64,000 bases of DNA from Pelagomonas calceolata (taxonomy: Eukaryota), in assembly GCA_918797485.1 (NCBI GenBank), contig CAKKNE010000004.1:186001-250000 (forward strand), read 5' to 3'. The notes under the pieces are model-generated. The model did no database searches and had not been told where the DNA came from. It saw nothing but the letters and a program-made list of their open reading frames with translations. Positions 52,701 to 64,000 of this stretch are shown here, piece after piece (positions within the stretch are counted from its first letter, which is position 1; each line of letters starts with the position of its first letter). The position numbers were made by a program, and so were the translations under genes.

Positions 52701-53107
52701 GACGAGCCGCGCGCGCGTCCGTGGCTTTGAGAGCTGGTGCAAGCGACGTCGCTGCTCCGTGTATTTGCGAGCTGTTCAGCGGGTGCAACTTCAATGCGCG
52801 CTCGCAGCGGTGCAAATTGATCTCGATGAACGCGCACAGTGATCTAGCGCCTACAACCTGCTTGCCAACGGAATTAAAGTGCTATGCGTAGCTAGCATGC
52901 AGTAAGACACTAGGAAACAAGCCGCGTGAAAAATTATTGCCTGTAAGAAGTGCTCACGAGGCAGCATTGATCCCCGATGAAGCGCATTGATGCCCAAATT
53001 TGACAGTATAATATGCGCTCCTTGGGGCTGCCGGCAAAAGGGCTGAATTGGGCTGCCAAGATGCTGCCAGTCGGATGAGACCTTGTCCTGTGCATCACTA
53101 AGTAGCT

Positions 53108-55093
53108 ATGCGACTGCGCATCATCGCACTCCTCACCCACGCCGCCGCCGCGGCATCAGACGCCCTCGCCCGCGTCGACGGCGTCCTGGCCTGGCTCGCG
53201 GGCAACGCCACGGCGCCGGCGCACTGGCCTATTCGGTCGCGGGACGACGTCAAGTCCAAGAACTGGAAGCATTTGGGTGGTGGCAACGTCAAGGACGTCT
53301 ACGAAACGAAAATCGACGGGAAAAGGGTCGTGGTCAAGACGCGCCTCACCAGCGCGGCGCATCAAGATAGGGTCGAGGCCGACGCGCGGGGCGAGCTGCT
53401 CTACCTCGAGTTCCTGCGGGATTTTCCCGGCGTGCCGCGGCTCCACGGCGGCTGGCTCCAGAGCGATAGGCTCTGGTACGTCGTGCAGCACGCGGGCGAA
53501 AACTTCGGCCTGGGCAAGGGCACGCGGCATCGCCCAACCCGCGTGAACCGCGGCTGGGCGGCGCTCGTGAAGAAGGACCCGATGGGCGCCGCGCGGGCGC
53601 TGCTGGAGTGCATCCGCTCCTTCGCCGACCAGGGCTACTTCCTGACGGACTTCATCGCGAGCCAGTTCGCGGTCAAGGGGTCCACCGTGTCGCTCATCGA
53701 CGCGCCTCCCGCGTTAAGCGGACCCATGGTCGCGCGGGGCGTGCCGCGCGTCGCGCTCATCCCGCCGAACAAGAAGGGCGCATGCACGACGGACGACGAC
53801 TGTCCCCACAGCTTCAGCTGGCACTGCTGCTGCCAGGCCCGCAACGCGGGCGAGGAGTGCGAGAAGAACACGGTCGGCGGGGGCGCGCCCGAGGCCGGGG
53901 GGCGGTGCCTCGCGGGGACGTGCGCGAGGCTCACCGCGAAGACGCACGTCTTCGACGTCGCGTCGAAGGCCTGGGCCCTGCCCTACGTCCACCGCGCCGC
54001 GCGCGGCGACGACAAGCGTCGATTGGAGGCGCTGATGGCGCGCATGCGCGCGCCCGAGCCCGCCGATCGGCCGAACTTCACGGAGGCGCTGGATTATCTG
54101 AAGAGGCGCCGCCTGAAGCAGGAGGAGTGGCACGGTGAGTGCGGCGGCGCCGCGAACGGCTCGCTCGTGATCGTGCCCCATGTGAACCGGCGCGGGTTCA
54201 TCGACGTGATGTTTCGGTACGAGTTTGCGGGTGAAATAGCGGCGCGCGTCGGCGCGCAGGTCGCCCTGCCGCGACCCTGCGACGCGCTCGCCAAGGTGCA
54301 CAACGGCAACCACCTCGTGAACTGTTCGCACGGCTGGGGCCGATATAGGAACTGGTCGCGCGTCGTCGGCGATGCGCCCATGGTCGCGAACTCGTCGGAG
54401 GCCGGCGGCCGCGCGCCCGTGACGGGCGCGAGCTTCGACGCCCAGTTTCGGAGCGCGCGAGAAATGGCCGCAAAGGGCGAGGCATTTGTGTGGAACCTCC
54501 CGTCCAACGTGCGGGACCAGAAGCGACATATTGTTGGGCTGGATGAGTGGCAGGCCTGCGGCCCGCGCTACAAGACGCGCAAGGATTTCGTGGGTTCGGC
54601 CATGGACGCCGGGCCCTCGGCCTCCGTCGTCGACTTGGCGGATCGCTTCCGCGCCACGCTCGCGGGCAATTTCTCGACGCTGCACCTCCGCCGGAGCGAC
54701 GCGCTGACGCACAAGGCCCAGAAGCGCAAGCGCTGCGGCACGAAGGTCTCGACCGTGAAGACCTACGTCGACTGCGTCTACCCTCCGCCGCGGTGCGGCC
54801 CGACGCGCTGCAAGAGCAAGGCGGACGCCGAGCGCCGCGACACGCTCGTGGTGTTCACGGACGAGCGCGACCAGCGGTACCTCGACGAGTTGTATGACGC
54901 GCTCAAGAGCACGGGCCGGGACGTGGTCTTCGGGGATGCCGCGCTGCGCGAGCTCGCGGGCGACGGCGGGCGGGACAACTACTTCGTCTTCGCCGCGAGT
55001 TTGGTGGTCCGCGAGGCGAGCTTCCCGCGGCTCGCGATGGACCGGAGCCACTGCGAGACGCACCGCACGTGCGCCCAGTTCTCGGGGAAGTGA
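53108..55093 (+). CDS. Secreted/lumenal kinase-like domain (PKDCC/POMK-like) fused to a fucosyltransferase-like domain
   Basis: Signal peptide; LGGGNVKDVY..VVVK..ELLYL..DF...QFAV..LID; C-terminal LHLRRSD and VVFTDE. Confidence 0.65.
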   Translation: MRLRIIALLTHAAAAASDALARVDGVLAWLAGNATAPAHWPIRSRDDVKSKNWKHLGGGNVKDVYETKIDGKRVVVKTRLTSAAHQDRVEADARGELLYLEFLRDFPGVPRLHGGWLQSDRLWYVVQHAGENFGLGKGTRHRPTRVNRGWAALVKKDPMGAARALLECIRSFADQGYFLTDFIASQFAVKGSTVSLIDAPPALSGPMVARGVPRVALIPPNKKGACTTDDDCPHSFSWHCCCQARNAGEECEKNTVGGGAPEAGGRCLAGTCARLTAKTHVFDVASKAWALPYVHRAARGDDKRRLEALMARMRAPEPADRPNFTEALDYLKRRRLKQEEWHGECGGAANGSLVIVPHVNRRGFIDVMFRYEFAGEIAARVGAQVALPRPCDALAKVHNGNHLVNCSHGWGRYRNWSRVVGDAPMVANSSEAGGRAPVTGASFDAQFRSAREMAAKGEAFVWNLPSNVRDQKRHIVGLDEWQACGPRYKTRKDFVGSAMDAGPSASVVDLADRFRATLAGNFSTLHLRRSDALTHKAQKRKRCGTKVSTVKTYVDCVYPPPRCGPTRCKSKADAERRDTLVVFTDERDQRYLDELYDALKSTGRDVVFGDAALRELAGDGGRDNYFVFAASLVVREASFPRLAMDRSHCETHRTCAQFSGK

Positions 55094-55172
55094 TCATGCG
55101 CAGCGACGGACGCGACGAGCGAGAGTAAATCTATGATTGTGTGTCTTACGCACACGGTACAAACAGGGGGGA

Positions 55173-56240
55173 TCACTCGACCTTCGTCCGCGCGTGCGGC
55201 TTCCACCGCGTCGGCGCCTTATTATTGGAGCGGAACTGGCGCACGTTTTTCGGATGGCGGTACGTCCCGCACACCCGGTCCCAGTACGAGAAGAGGTGCC
55301 CATAATTGTAGCTGAACAGCTTGTGGTGCACGTGGTGGTCCGCCGCCGTCCCCATGCCCACGGCCTGGAACAGCCAGTCCCAGGGGTGGTGCGTTTCCGA
55401 GTGGATGAGGCAGAGCCAGTTCGCGTAGAGCGTCCCGAAGGCCATGTAGCTCCAGACGTTGCAGTGGACTATGGATTTGGTCGTGAACAGCGGGAGCACG
55501 ATCATGAAGAACGTATCTGCAAAAGAGCCGTTAAAAGCATCAAAAAGTCTGGGGTTCGTGAAGTCGTGGTGGGGCTCGTGCGACGCGCGATAGAACGCTT
55601 TCGAGACCTTATGTTCCGCTCGATGCATGCCGTACTGCAACAGATCCTGGAGCAGTAAGCATGCCGCAACTTTAATCCATTCGACGCCGCCCTCGAAACT
55701 GTAATAGGACGAAGGCATGAGGTGGAGCATCCAGGTTAGCGTCAGGTAGCCGCCGATCAGCGCGAAGCCCTCGGGCTGCGACAGGTGCTCTTGGGCCGCC
55801 TCGGCATAGTCGTACACGCGATACTCGTTCGGCTGCACGGGCACCAACCGACCCGTGTACTTGGACCCCGTCCACCTCAAATATTGGTAGCACAAGACAA
55901 AAACCTGGCCCACGGCCACCGCGAGCAACCCTAGACAGAGGCCGAGCGGTTTCGGCCCTTCACTATAGTCGTACCAGGCCTCGTCAAACACGTCTCGATA
56001 GGTATGCTGTAATACCAGAGGCACGGATAGGATCAACGGCCAGAGGATCAAGGTGGCCGTGAGGCCCATCGTCGAGTCCCATACCGTCGTCCGGCGGGCG
56101 GCGTCGGCGTGGCTCGGGGGTAACGCTTCCACGGTCTTCCGCGCGCTCGCCGCGTCGTCATCGCTCGGCGCGGGGGCGGCCTTGGCCACCGCCTCTGTTG
56201 GTTTGGCTTGTTGCGTGGTGAAATCGGGGGCTCGGCACAT
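55173..56240 (-). CDS. Fatty-acid hydroxylase/sterol desaturase family protein
   Basis: His boxes HRAEH, HEPHH, HHVHH; NYG..FSYWDR..GT. Confidence 0.9.
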   Translation of the reverse strand: MCRAPDFTTQQAKPTEAVAKAAPAPSDDDAASARKTVEALPPSHADAARRTTVWDSTMGLTATLILWPLILSVPLVLQHTYRDVFDEAWYDYSEGPKPLGLCLGLLAVAVGQVFVLCYQYLRWTGSKYTGRLVPVQPNEYRVYDYAEAAQEHLSQPEGFALIGGYLTLTWMLHLMPSSYYSFEGGVEWIKVAACLLLQDLLQYGMHRAEHKVSKAFYRASHEPHHDFTNPRLFDAFNGSFADTFFMIVLPLFTTKSIVHCNVWSYMAFGTLYANWLCLIHSETHHPWDWLFQAVGMGTAADHHVHHKLFSYNYGHLFSYWDRVCGTYRHPKNVRQFRSNNKAPTRWKPHARTKVE

Positions 56241-56709
56241 GCTGGCCCTGCGCGGCGAAGCGCTCTCTTTTCGCTGTGGCGTGTTCGCAGTACGATGGAC
56301 TGTCTTTCGCACGTCTCGGTGGACCCAAGTCGTTCCCTTAGCGTGAGTGGCCGCGGTTTTAAGACCAGCTACGCAGCATAATCACGCTAGACATAATCAC
56401 TCTAGAGTTCACAGTCCGAGCAATAGTCCAGGAGAGGCCTCTCCCGGGGGCCCGGCGAGTGCTGGAGGAGCGTGCGGCCTGCTTTGCACCTTCGACTCTC
56501 CGGCTCAGCGCCCTGCAGAGACCCTGGCAATTGCCTCAGCGCCCCCGCAAAGGCAGCCGCAGCACAGGCCCGACGCCCGCCGACGCGCGTGCCGCCGACG
56601 CAGCCGACCCCTCGAAGCCAGCCAGCCAGCAGTAGACAGGCAGCGCACACCAAACCCAAGGGCAGCCCTCTCACAACAACACTGTAACCCAGCGCTTCAC
56701 ACGACCACG

Positions 56710-57363
56710 ATGGCCGACCCCCTCGACGACGACGAGGATCCGGAAGCCGCCATGCGCGCCTACATGGAGAAGACGAAGATCAATAAGGACAAGGGCGGTC
56801 CCCGCAGGACGTTGGTCGAGCGCGCGTCCGACAACACGCAGGGCGGCGCCGACGCCTTCAAGCAGAGCGAAAGGATCATCAAGTCGACGCAAGCCATGAC
56901 CGACGGCCTCAAACTCAAACGAAAAACAGCGGCCGACGAGATGGAGGCCGACTCCAAAGAGATGGCTAGGTTAGACAGAGAACTCGACGAGTTCCGAAGG
57001 AAGTACGACGCGGTCTGCCAGTCCTATGATGATAATGTGGCGAAACGGAACCACCTTCGAGCGACGCTCGCCGACGCGAAGCGGCAGATGGACGACATGC
57101 AAACTACCTGTGGCGAGTGGGCGGCGCGGAACCGACGAGACCAGTACAAGTTCAACTCCAAGCTTGTGAGTGAAGAGTTACGGGAGCTGCGGGGGTATTC
57201 TGTGGAGCCGGGGTCCACGTGCACGCGGAAGGAGGCGCAGTCGCGGACGCGGACGTCGCGCACATTGCAGACGAACCGGGAGCAATCTCAACAGGACCAA
57301 CTGGCGGAGCTCATGCGGCAGACGAAGGCGAAGGCTCGCGCCTTGGCGAAGGGTAAGAAGTAG
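56710..57363 (+). CDS. Coiled-coil protein (weakly SSNA1/DIP13-like)
   Basis: 217-aa ATG ORF with a heptad pattern; the family guess is weak. Confidence 0.7.
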   Translation: MADPLDDDEDPEAAMRAYMEKTKINKDKGGPRRTLVERASDNTQGGADAFKQSERIIKSTQAMTDGLKLKRKTAADEMEADSKEMARLDRELDEFRRKYDAVCQSYDDNVAKRNHLRATLADAKRQMDDMQTTCGEWAARNRRDQYKFNSKLVSEELRELRGYSVEPGSTCTRKEAQSRTRTSRTLQTNREQSQQDQLAELMRQTKAKARALAKGKK

Positions 57364-57376
57364 TCACTCACAACAG

Positions 57377-58523
57377 TTAATCTCGCCGAGCGTCCACGTG
57401 CGACGCGAGCGTGTCGTGCTCCGCCTCGCCGCAGCCCGGCCACTTCCAGAAGCTGGAATAGCCGTGGTGCCGCAGGTGCTCGCGCACCGCCAGGTACTCC
57501 TCGTCCGACAGGTGGACGGACTCATAGAGGACATGGTCCGGCCGCGGGGCGAGGCGGCTGAAATTCGTCGCCAGGATGATGGCGTGCTCGAGCTTCTCGG
57601 TGTCGAGCTGGAGGATGTCGACGCGGTCGGGCAGCCACGGCGCGACGTGGCGGCGCCACAGCGACTCGAGCGAGAGGCACGTCACGTCGACCCGCGCGAA
57701 GGCGGAGGGGTCCGCCTCAAAATCTCGTTTGTCGATCGACGCCGCCTCGGCCGTAGGATGCGCCGCGTCCACGTAGAGCGTCGCCGGGCCGTCCGCCCCA
57801 CAAACTGCTGCATTGACGGCCGAGACCCGATCTGACGCATTCGCGTAGTTCTGTGCCAGCAGTTTGAACGTTGTGGGATTCGGTTCCACCACCATACCCC
57901 GCCACTGAAACTTCTTTTGGTCCATCCAGATGGGCTCGCCGCAGACGGCGCATTCGTAGGTGCCTGTGTGGAAATCACATCTCTGTACTGCGTCTGCTCG
58001 ATAGCGTGGAGGTTCACGAAGGTTGATTTCCACACGGCGGCCAACCGCAGTTGGCCCCGACCTGCACAAACGCAATCTTCCTAGGATCCGCCGCAACGAG
58101 GTCGTTCCACAGCGGCATTGCGAAGCCCTCGCGGCCGCCGCGATTTAGGGATACGCGTTTGACGAAGCTCCGCGCGCAGTCGTCCCAGCCCGTGTGGTCG
58201 AGCCCATCGCACGCGACGGCAGCCCTCTCGCGCGGATCGTCGGAGGGGGCGACGTCTACGCTTCGCAGGCCCGCGCCGTCCACCACGATGTCTATCGTGA
58301 GCGTTCGGTCCTGTTCGACGCGCGCGACCATCAGATCGACGCACTCTTGAATTGTGCGTCCCTCGTAGACCTTTTCGCACGCTCGCGCCACCGCGGCCCG
58401 GACGTCGTCGGTCCAGCCTACTTCAAAGTTCACCCTGTCGGCGCCCTCCCCGACGTAATACTCGCGCGGCGCCCCGATCTGCGCGGCCGCAAAGCCACAA
58501 ACGACGAGGGCGCGGCGAGCCAT
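57377..58523 (-). CDS. FkbM-family methyltransferase; exons 58523-58046 and 57963-57377, 354 aa
   Basis: FVQVGAN.G, W.G.VVEP, NAAV, DILQLDTE; exons sum to 1065 nt. Confidence 0.85.
57964..58045 (-). mobile_element. Introner-derived intron 58045->57964 (82 bp); element 57964-58037
   Basis: CTGTGTGGAAATCA...TTGATTTCCACACGG; GT donor 8 nt outside the TIR; TSD not recognisable. Confidence 0.88.
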
Positions 58524-58976
58524 GGTCTCCTGCCGCTTGCGCGCACGCTGCTCTCCCGCTCGATGGGGGCTGCCCGCAGCAGGGGCTGCCTTACTGCTGC
58601 CACCAATGCCTTAGAATCATTTCTATGACTGGCACCGCTGCGTATGCGTCCTAGTCATTTTTCAAAGCCAGCAAATGCGCTCGGTCGAGGAGCCAAAACA
58701 ATGAGCATGCTGAGACCAGTCCAGACTGGTCTGAGAGACGGACCCCGCACGCAACCAGAAACACAGTCATGCCTTCTTCATACTACTACGCGCACGCCTC
58801 TGCGACGAGCCACGGAGTACTGCAGTACCTTGCGATTGCGATATCCTACTAGCTTCTATCATTTTCGACGAGTCGGGCATCTCGACGCGCCACGCGCAAA
58901 GCCGCATCGGCCGGCAGAAAAAGCTGCCCGAGCGGCTGCTGCCCGGCGGCGACCGGGCGAACCCACGACAGCAACG

Positions 58977-59774
58977 ATGCAGCCCCACGAGGCGGACGAC
59001 GAGGAGCAGGCGGTGGCGGAGACGCCGCTGCTGGCCCAAAAACCGCGGCGGCGACCACACCTCGCCGCCGCCGCCGCCGCCACGCTCATGCTCGTCGGCG
59101 CCGCCGCGACGCCGACGGCGCGCACGGCCATCCAAAAACTGTGGACGCCCTTCGATGGGACCCTCATGCCCCCAGACGACTGGGCCGGCTTCAGCTGCGA
59201 GTTGTACGACGACGACACGCGCTATCCGGTGGCGCCCTGGGCGACCGAGGACGGCGACCCGGCGACGGACTGCACGGTGCAGGACGCCACCCCGGAGCGC
59301 TGCGAGGCCTGTTTGAACCACGAGGTCTGCGCGTCGGTCTGCGGCGAGGCGACGGCGAACTGCGACGGCGGGAGTGGCGACATGGAGTTCCTCGAGCCCT
59401 GCATGTGGGAGACGATCACGAATTTGCAGGATGTCTGTGGGAACACCTTCGAGGCCGTCGCGCCGCTGAGCAGTGCCAATATTGCGCCGTGGGATGCGCT
59501 GACCGATACGATCGATTGGTCCTGCCCCACGCACGCGTTCTGCAACCAGTGCGCCGACGACACGGAGCCGGGCGGCATCAACCGGTACTGCGTGGCGCTC
59601 ATGCTGAAGACGTCGTCGCTCTACCCGCACCTGGACCTCTTCGACCACCTCGAGAGCTACTGGTGCTGGCCCGAGGTCTGGCAGGCCATCGAGGACGCGT
59701 CCTTCTTCGACGCGTTCAGCGACAAGCTGAACCCGCGGCTGGCCTTCGAGGACCGGACGACGGGGTCGCGCTAA
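58977..59774 (+). CDS. Hypothetical Cys-rich type II membrane protein
   Basis: ETPLL + hydrophobic stretch + acidic Cys-rich domain. Confidence 0.75.
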   Translation: MQPHEADDEEQAVAETPLLAQKPRRRPHLAAAAAATLMLVGAAATPTARTAIQKLWTPFDGTLMPPDDWAGFSCELYDDDTRYPVAPWATEDGDPATDCTVQDATPERCEACLNHEVCASVCGEATANCDGGSGDMEFLEPCMWETITNLQDVCGNTFEAVAPLSSANIAPWDALTDTIDWSCPTHAFCNQCADDTEPGGINRYCVALMLKTSSLYPHLDLFDHLESYWCWPEVWQAIEDASFFDAFSDKLNPRLAFEDRTTGSR

Positions 59775-60021
59775 GTTATATTTGTTGTTTATACTATGAG
59801 TGCCTTCGAGTTTGAGAGTTGCGTCGAGCCCGTGCCGTCGCCGCGTAAGACGTCTCGTCGGCGGCGCATGGGGTATTTACGTGTTGGGATCGGCGTCAAC
59901 TAATTAGGCCCGGGGTTCGTTGACCAGTGGTGCAGCGGCGTCCACGCTCGCGACGCGAAGGCGAAGTGTCGGCTGACCCCGGCGTCGTCGACGCGGCATA
60001 GACTACTAGTAGTTAGCCCTC

Positions 60022-60999
<978 letters not shown>

Positions 61000-61148
61000 C
61001 TAGAAAGAACTTTCCCATACGCATGCGCCTGACGGGTCCATCCGCCACCCAGGGCTAGCCTAGTACGGCTAGGAAGCTACCGGACGGTCGCCCCTCGCTT
61101 GGGCTACGCCACGCGTCGCGTCTATGTACAACGACATTAACCACAACA

Positions 61149-62285
61149 CTAGCGCCGCCGCAGCAACCCCACGCTCGTCGAGAACGTGTGCACGAACGTC
61201 CGGCCGCCGACGGGACCGATCTCGCCATTGGCGAAGAAGCCGGCCAGCTCCAACGACGGACCGAGCGCCTCGGACTCGACGCCGTCGGCACCGTAGAGCG
61301 CCGGGCCGCGCCCCACGCAGGGCACCATCAGGCCGCCGCCCGTGGTGCCGTCGAGGCGCTCCGCGGCGTTCGCGAGCTCGTTTCTCGCATTACTGGCGGA
61401 AAACGCGTGCAGCCGGATGCGGACGCCCTCGCGCACCAAGTCCGGGGCCGCGCCGATCGCTAGCGCCGACGCGTCGCGGTCGAAGCCCAATAGTTGTCGT
61501 ACGACGTAGGGCCGGTCCTCCTCGACCACGGGCCCGCCCTCGGCCGCGGCGGCCGTGGGCACCTCGACCCCGACCATCAAATTACCCGGTTCGTCGAGCA
61601 TGAAGTCTTGCAGCACCGGATCCAGCACTTCATGGACGGGCCCGCCGTCGAGCTCGCGGACGACGTTCCCGTCCGCTCTCGTAATCACCATCGAGCGGCC
61701 GAAGGGCGCGGCACCCTGACTCACAACGGCCTGCATGTCGCAGTCGCGGAACGCCAGGCCCACGACCCCACCGTCCGTAGCTTGGTCGTTCAGGAAGAGG
61801 CGATCCGAACAGACGACGCCGCCGACCTTCCTCGACCACGGCAAGGCACTGTCCATGCGCGCGAGCCAGCCCTCGAGGTCGAAGGCGGCGTTCGCCGGCG
61901 GCGCCGCGAGGAGGAACAAGGGCGGCGCCTGCTCCGGCGGCGCAGAAGCCAACGAAGCCCAGTCGTCGAGCTCCGGCAGACCTTCGGGCGGGCTGTAGAA
62001 CGGCGTCACGGCGCCGGCGTTTTGAATGGCCAGCGCCGAGACGCGCGCCTCGGCGCCCGGCGGGCCGTAGTATTCGCTGCCGCCGCCAATCAATCCTGCA
62101 TCCGTGCGCGCGCCGATCGATGCGCAGGCGCGACTCGCGACCTTTGCTACGGCCGCGGTTTGTTGCGAGTCCGTCAGCCAGAGCAGCGCGTCCGGTTTCG
62201 CCTCTTGGAGTTTAGCAGCGAACTTGGTGCAGAGCTGCTCGATGCTGGGTGCGGCTACTGCCAGGGATTTGATGCGTAGCGCCAT
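61149..62285 (-). CDS. FIST domain protein (FIST_N + FIST_C)
   Basis: VVSQGA.P.G....IT....NVV.ELDG; CVGRG..LYG....E; GFFANGEIGP.G...VHTF. Confidence 0.88.
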   Translation of the reverse strand: MALRIKSLAVAAPSIEQLCTKFAAKLQEAKPDALLWLTDSQQTAAVAKVASRACASIGARTDAGLIGGGSEYYGPPGAEARVSALAIQNAGAVTPFYSPPEGLPELDDWASLASAPPEQAPPLFLLAAPPANAAFDLEGWLARMDSALPWSRKVGGVVCSDRLFLNDQATDGGVVGLAFRDCDMQAVVSQGAAPFGRSMVITRADGNVVRELDGGPVHEVLDPVLQDFMLDEPGNLMVGVEVPTAAAAEGGPVVEEDRPYVVRQLLGFDRDASALAIGAAPDLVREGVRIRLHAFSASNARNELANAAERLDGTTGGGLMVPCVGRGPALYGADGVESEALGPSLELAGFFANGEIGPVGGRTFVHTFSTSVGLLRRR

Positions 62286-62474
62286 TACTGCTGCAAAATT
62301 TTGATGGCAAGCGACGTGCGGTAAGAAACAGCTTCTGTTCCAGAGAGATGCGGCAGCGCCGGTCGAGCAATGAGGCCGCGCACTCACAAAAAGTCGCCAC
62401 TGCAGGCTGTGACGGGTTTTGAAGCTGCAATTGTGGACGATCTCTACTTAGGCAAGTTCGAAACGTAAGAATTG

Positions 62475-63578
62475 TTACTTCCTACCCGCGTCGATAGCGC
62501 TCCGTCTCTCGCGCCGCCGACGCAACTCCCCCGTCTCGACATCGTAGAGAGATACGGTGTTGTCCCACGAGCCGATAGCGATGGTCGCGGAATCTGGGCT
62601 GAACGCGACGGTGGGCACCGCGCCGCCGCGCCTCAGCACTCGGCGACAGATGAAGCGATCCCTCACGTCGAAGAGCGTCACGGCCCCGGTGAAGTCGCCC
62701 ACCGCGAGCCAGCGCCCGCACCGCGAGAAGTCCGAGCTCTCGACGGAGCCGCCGAAATGGAGCGTGCGCAGTCGCGCGCCCGTCGCTGCGTCATATACGG
62801 CGAGCATCATGAAACGGTTCCCGGCCACGACCATCGACGAGTCCGGAGAGAATTTGACGGTGAATATCAGGTTGCCGCCCGGCCTCTCCCACCTCATCGT
62901 CGCTCCCGTGGCCAAATCATACACCGCCAATAAAGCGTCGTCGCCGCCGCAGGCCAGCAGTTGCCCGTCCGGACTGAATGCAACCGCGTTCACCTCTCCG
63001 TCGCGGAAGAGCTCCTTGCGCACCTCGTAGGTCGTCGTGTCGTACAAGGTAACCTTCTCGTCCTGACCGCCGGCGGCGAGCGTTGCGCCGCCCGGAGCGA
63101 ACGCCACGGCCCAGACGACGCCTTCGCGCTGCCACGTGTGCCGCAAGGCGCCGTCGACGTATAACGTGCAGAAATCAACGTTGCCCTCGTGATCAATACC
63201 GCCCGCTGCGAACGTCAGACCAGGCTCGTCCGAGAACGCGAGCGCCCGGACCTCGCGTCCCGTGCCCATGTCATAATTCGTCTGGCGATAACACAGCTGG
63301 CCCGTAGTTGAATCGTACACGCTAATATCGCGGCCGGCGTCCGTAGCCACATATCTCCCGTCGGACGAGTAGCACACGTTCCAGAGCTGTTTGCAGTCGC
63401 ACCCGCATCGGAGCACGAACGCCCGTCGCAGCGCCGCGTAGTCCTTGCAGATTCGCGCGACGCTCGCATCGTCGCGCTCGTCCAAAAAGCCGAGGACCGT
63501 GTACAAGATGCCCTCTTGGAGGGCCGGGCCGCGCAGGCGTGCCGCGCGGCGGCGTCCGGCACGAGTCGCGATGCGCAT
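62475..63578 (-). CDS. WD40-repeat protein with a possible N-terminal F-box
   Basis: Multiple V.AVAFSPDG..LA.GG.D..V..YD repeats; ILYTVLGFL.......ARICK. Confidence 0.85.
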   Translation of the reverse strand: MRIATRAGRRRAARLRGPALQEGILYTVLGFLDERDDASVARICKDYAALRRAFVLRCGCDCKQLWNVCYSSDGRYVATDAGRDISVYDSTTGQLCYRQTNYDMGTGREVRALAFSDEPGLTFAAGGIDHEGNVDFCTLYVDGALRHTWQREGVVWAVAFAPGGATLAAGGQDEKVTLYDTTTYEVRKELFRDGEVNAVAFSPDGQLLACGGDDALLAVYDLATGATMRWERPGGNLIFTVKFSPDSSMVVAGNRFMMLAVYDAATGARLRTLHFGGSVESSDFSRCGRWLAVGDFTGAVTLFDVRDRFICRRVLRRGGAVPTVAFSPDSATIAIGSWDNTVSLYDVETGELRRRRERRSAIDAGRK

Positions 63579-63886
63579 TGCAATTGATGCGGCGAGTTGG
63601 GCACTTCAGACACACAGCCTGATTTTGGCTCTATCTGCGCTTCCGCGGCGGCACGGATGCAACGCTCTCGTCGACGGCAGTGCCGCACAACCAGTAGTCA
63701 GTATGCGGGCGTCAGATTGAGATTGGCACCACCACCCTGGCCGTACGAGGCAGGAGGGCGCGGCGGGCGGCGCGCGGCGCGGGAGAGCAGCAAGAGCTGG
63801 ATAAGGAACCGAATTTGGCTCGACGCCATCGACGCGTCCCAAGGCCTCTTCTAAACCTCACTTTACGCCATGGGAACAACGCGTAC

Positions 63887-64000
63887 CTAGGGCTCCGTCA
63901 CGAGCGCCACGGCGTCCTGGGAAGGCCCGTCGTTCTCCGTCCGCGCGAGCCACGCCGACAACGCCGCGACCTGCTCCTTCTGGGCTCTGATGGACGTGCC
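63887..64000 (-). CDS. 3' end of a hypothetical protein (partial)
   Basis: Open frame GTSIRAQKEQVAAL...VTEP* from the window edge. Confidence 0.45.
   Translation of the reverse strand, partial: GTSIRAQKEQVAALSAWLARTENDGPSQDAVALVTEP

Noticed and set aside
58713..58732. Palindrome AGACCAGTC-CA-GACTGGTCT in a divergent promoter
   Set aside because: Single short occurrence with no further support
63823..63837. CGCCATCGACGCG matching the introner core
   Set aside because: No TIRs or TSD nearby; could be chance at this GC content

Overview
Gene-dense, very GC-rich eukaryotic DNA with about 35 mostly intronless genes on both strands. There are no operons, rRNA, tRNA or CRISPR arrays. Gene content and intron style point to a pelagophyte alga (Aureococcus/Pelagomonas-like); this is an inference. 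The strongest signal is a family of non-autonomous DNA transposons acting as spliceosomal introns (introners). They have terminal inverted repeats CTGTGTGGAAATCAA...TTGATTTCCACACAG and an 8-bp target-site duplication (TSD) that supplies the GT/GC donor. I find 11 copies at different stages of decay. Removing them, plus one ordinary-looking intron, rejoins fragmented ORFs in frame into a kinesin-14, an M16 peptidase, an FkbM-type methyltransferase, a 268-aa hypothetical protein and a ~3,380-aa ABCA transporter with a large Cys-rich N-terminal extension. Other points of note: an orientation-specific upstream motif (CTAGTGTCTTAC..GCTAG) before about 11 genes, a ~500-bp inverted duplication of a bidirectional promoter, and three unusual fusions (Ub-Ub-thioredoxin, ThiE/TenI-mTERF, secretory kinase-glycosyltransferase). 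All family assignments come from reading motifs by eye; no database searches were run.
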